This document shows positions 23,511 through 24,000 of a stretch of 24,000 nucleotides of DNA, piece after piece. Below the pieces are notes generated by a model that saw nothing but the letters and a program-made list of their open reading frames with translations, searched no databases and had not been told where the DNA came from. The DNA comes from Steroidobacteraceae bacterium. Its GTDB lineage: Bacteria > Pseudomonadota > Gammaproteobacteria > Steroidobacterales > Steroidobacteraceae. Numbering within the stretch: the stretch's first letter is position 1; every line of letters starts with the position of its first letter. The position numbers and the translations under genes were made by a program. The stretch lies in contig DASUHA010000033.1 of assembly GCA_036273735.1 (NCBI GenBank), positions 23,978 to 47,977 of the forward strand. The letters are read 5' to 3'.

Positions 23511-24000
23511 ATGAATCGCCCAGCTCAATTTGCGATTGCGTTAGCCGCCGCCTGTCTTCCACTGCTCAGTCTCGCCTCGAGCCACCGCGAGGCGCCCTTC
23601 ATAGCGGGGATGCCCAGAGCGGACGCCACCGATCTCTATCTCTTCAGGAGCTACGAGCCCGGCCGCAGCGCCTACGTGACCATCATAGCGAACTATATCC
23701 CGTTTCAGGATCCATCCGGAGGGCCCAACTTCTATCCGTTGGATAGTCATGCGGTGTATTCCATAAACATCGATACCGACGGCTCGGGGAGAGCAGACCT
23801 GGCGTACCGGTTCCGATTTCGGAACGTGCAGAGGAATCTTGCCGTCAATTCCGGCGGCATGCGCATTCCGGTTCCGCTCATCAACATCGGCGTCGTAGAC
23901 CAGAACGGCAAGAACGTCAATGTCGAGCAGACCTACACCGTAACGCTGGAGCGCAATGGGGTCCGACGACCGGTAGGTAATGCGACGTCCGGCGGGACGA
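23511..24000 (+). CDS. DUF4331-family exported protein, 5' part (runs off the window)
   Basis: MNRPAQFAIALAAACLPLLSLASSHREAPFIAGMPRADATDLYLFRSYEPGRSAYVTIIANYIPFQDPSGGPNFYPLDSHAVYSINIDTDGSGRADLAYRFRF. Frame open to base 24000; absent from the ORF track only because it has no stop in the window. Confidence 0.9.
   Translation, partial: MNRPAQFAIALAAACLPLLSLASSHREAPFIAGMPRADATDLYLFRSYEPGRSAYVTIIANYIPFQDPSGGPNFYPLDSHAVYSINIDTDGSGRADLAYRFRFRNVQRNLAVNSGGMRIPVPLINIGVVDQNGKNVNVEQTYTVTLERNGVRRPVGNATSGGT

Overview
High-GC window (probably gammaproteobacterial, inferred from gene content only) with mostly dense coding. Left to right: 3' part of gltX, cysS, folD(-), tRNA-Pro, a MarR regulator with an emrA/emrB-type efflux pair, then a minus-strand block containing a CYTH-CHAD protein, sixA, and a stressosome module. 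The stressosome module is rsbR with an N-terminal PAS domain, rsbS, rsbT, an HATPase + SpoIIE/PP2C-like phosphatase, and a soluble hybrid histidine kinase with a C-terminal receiver. Next comes a tRNA cluster (Arg-TCT, His-GTG, Lys-CTT), with tyrosine-recombinase and DDE-transposase debris immediately downstream of tRNA-Lys. The right half has a small lipoprotein, a twice-frameshifted Sel1/TPR-like gene, an ECF sigma/ChrR-like cupin anti-sigma pair, a stand-alone ATP-dependent DNA ligase, an SDR oxidoreductase, DUF190, OsmC, a second ECF sigma/RskA-like pair, and the start of a DUF4331 gene. The most interesting items are: (1) the translationally coupled stressosome operon with no sigma factor beside it, ending in a hybrid kinase; (2) a shared GCCTAGGC palindrome in front of both marR and emrA; (3) a CYTH-CHAD/sixA coupled pair directly upstream of the stressosome; (4) the two compensating frameshifts in the Sel1-like gene. 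No CRISPR array, rRNA or intact mobile element was seen. All family calls come from motif recognition by eye; no database search was run.
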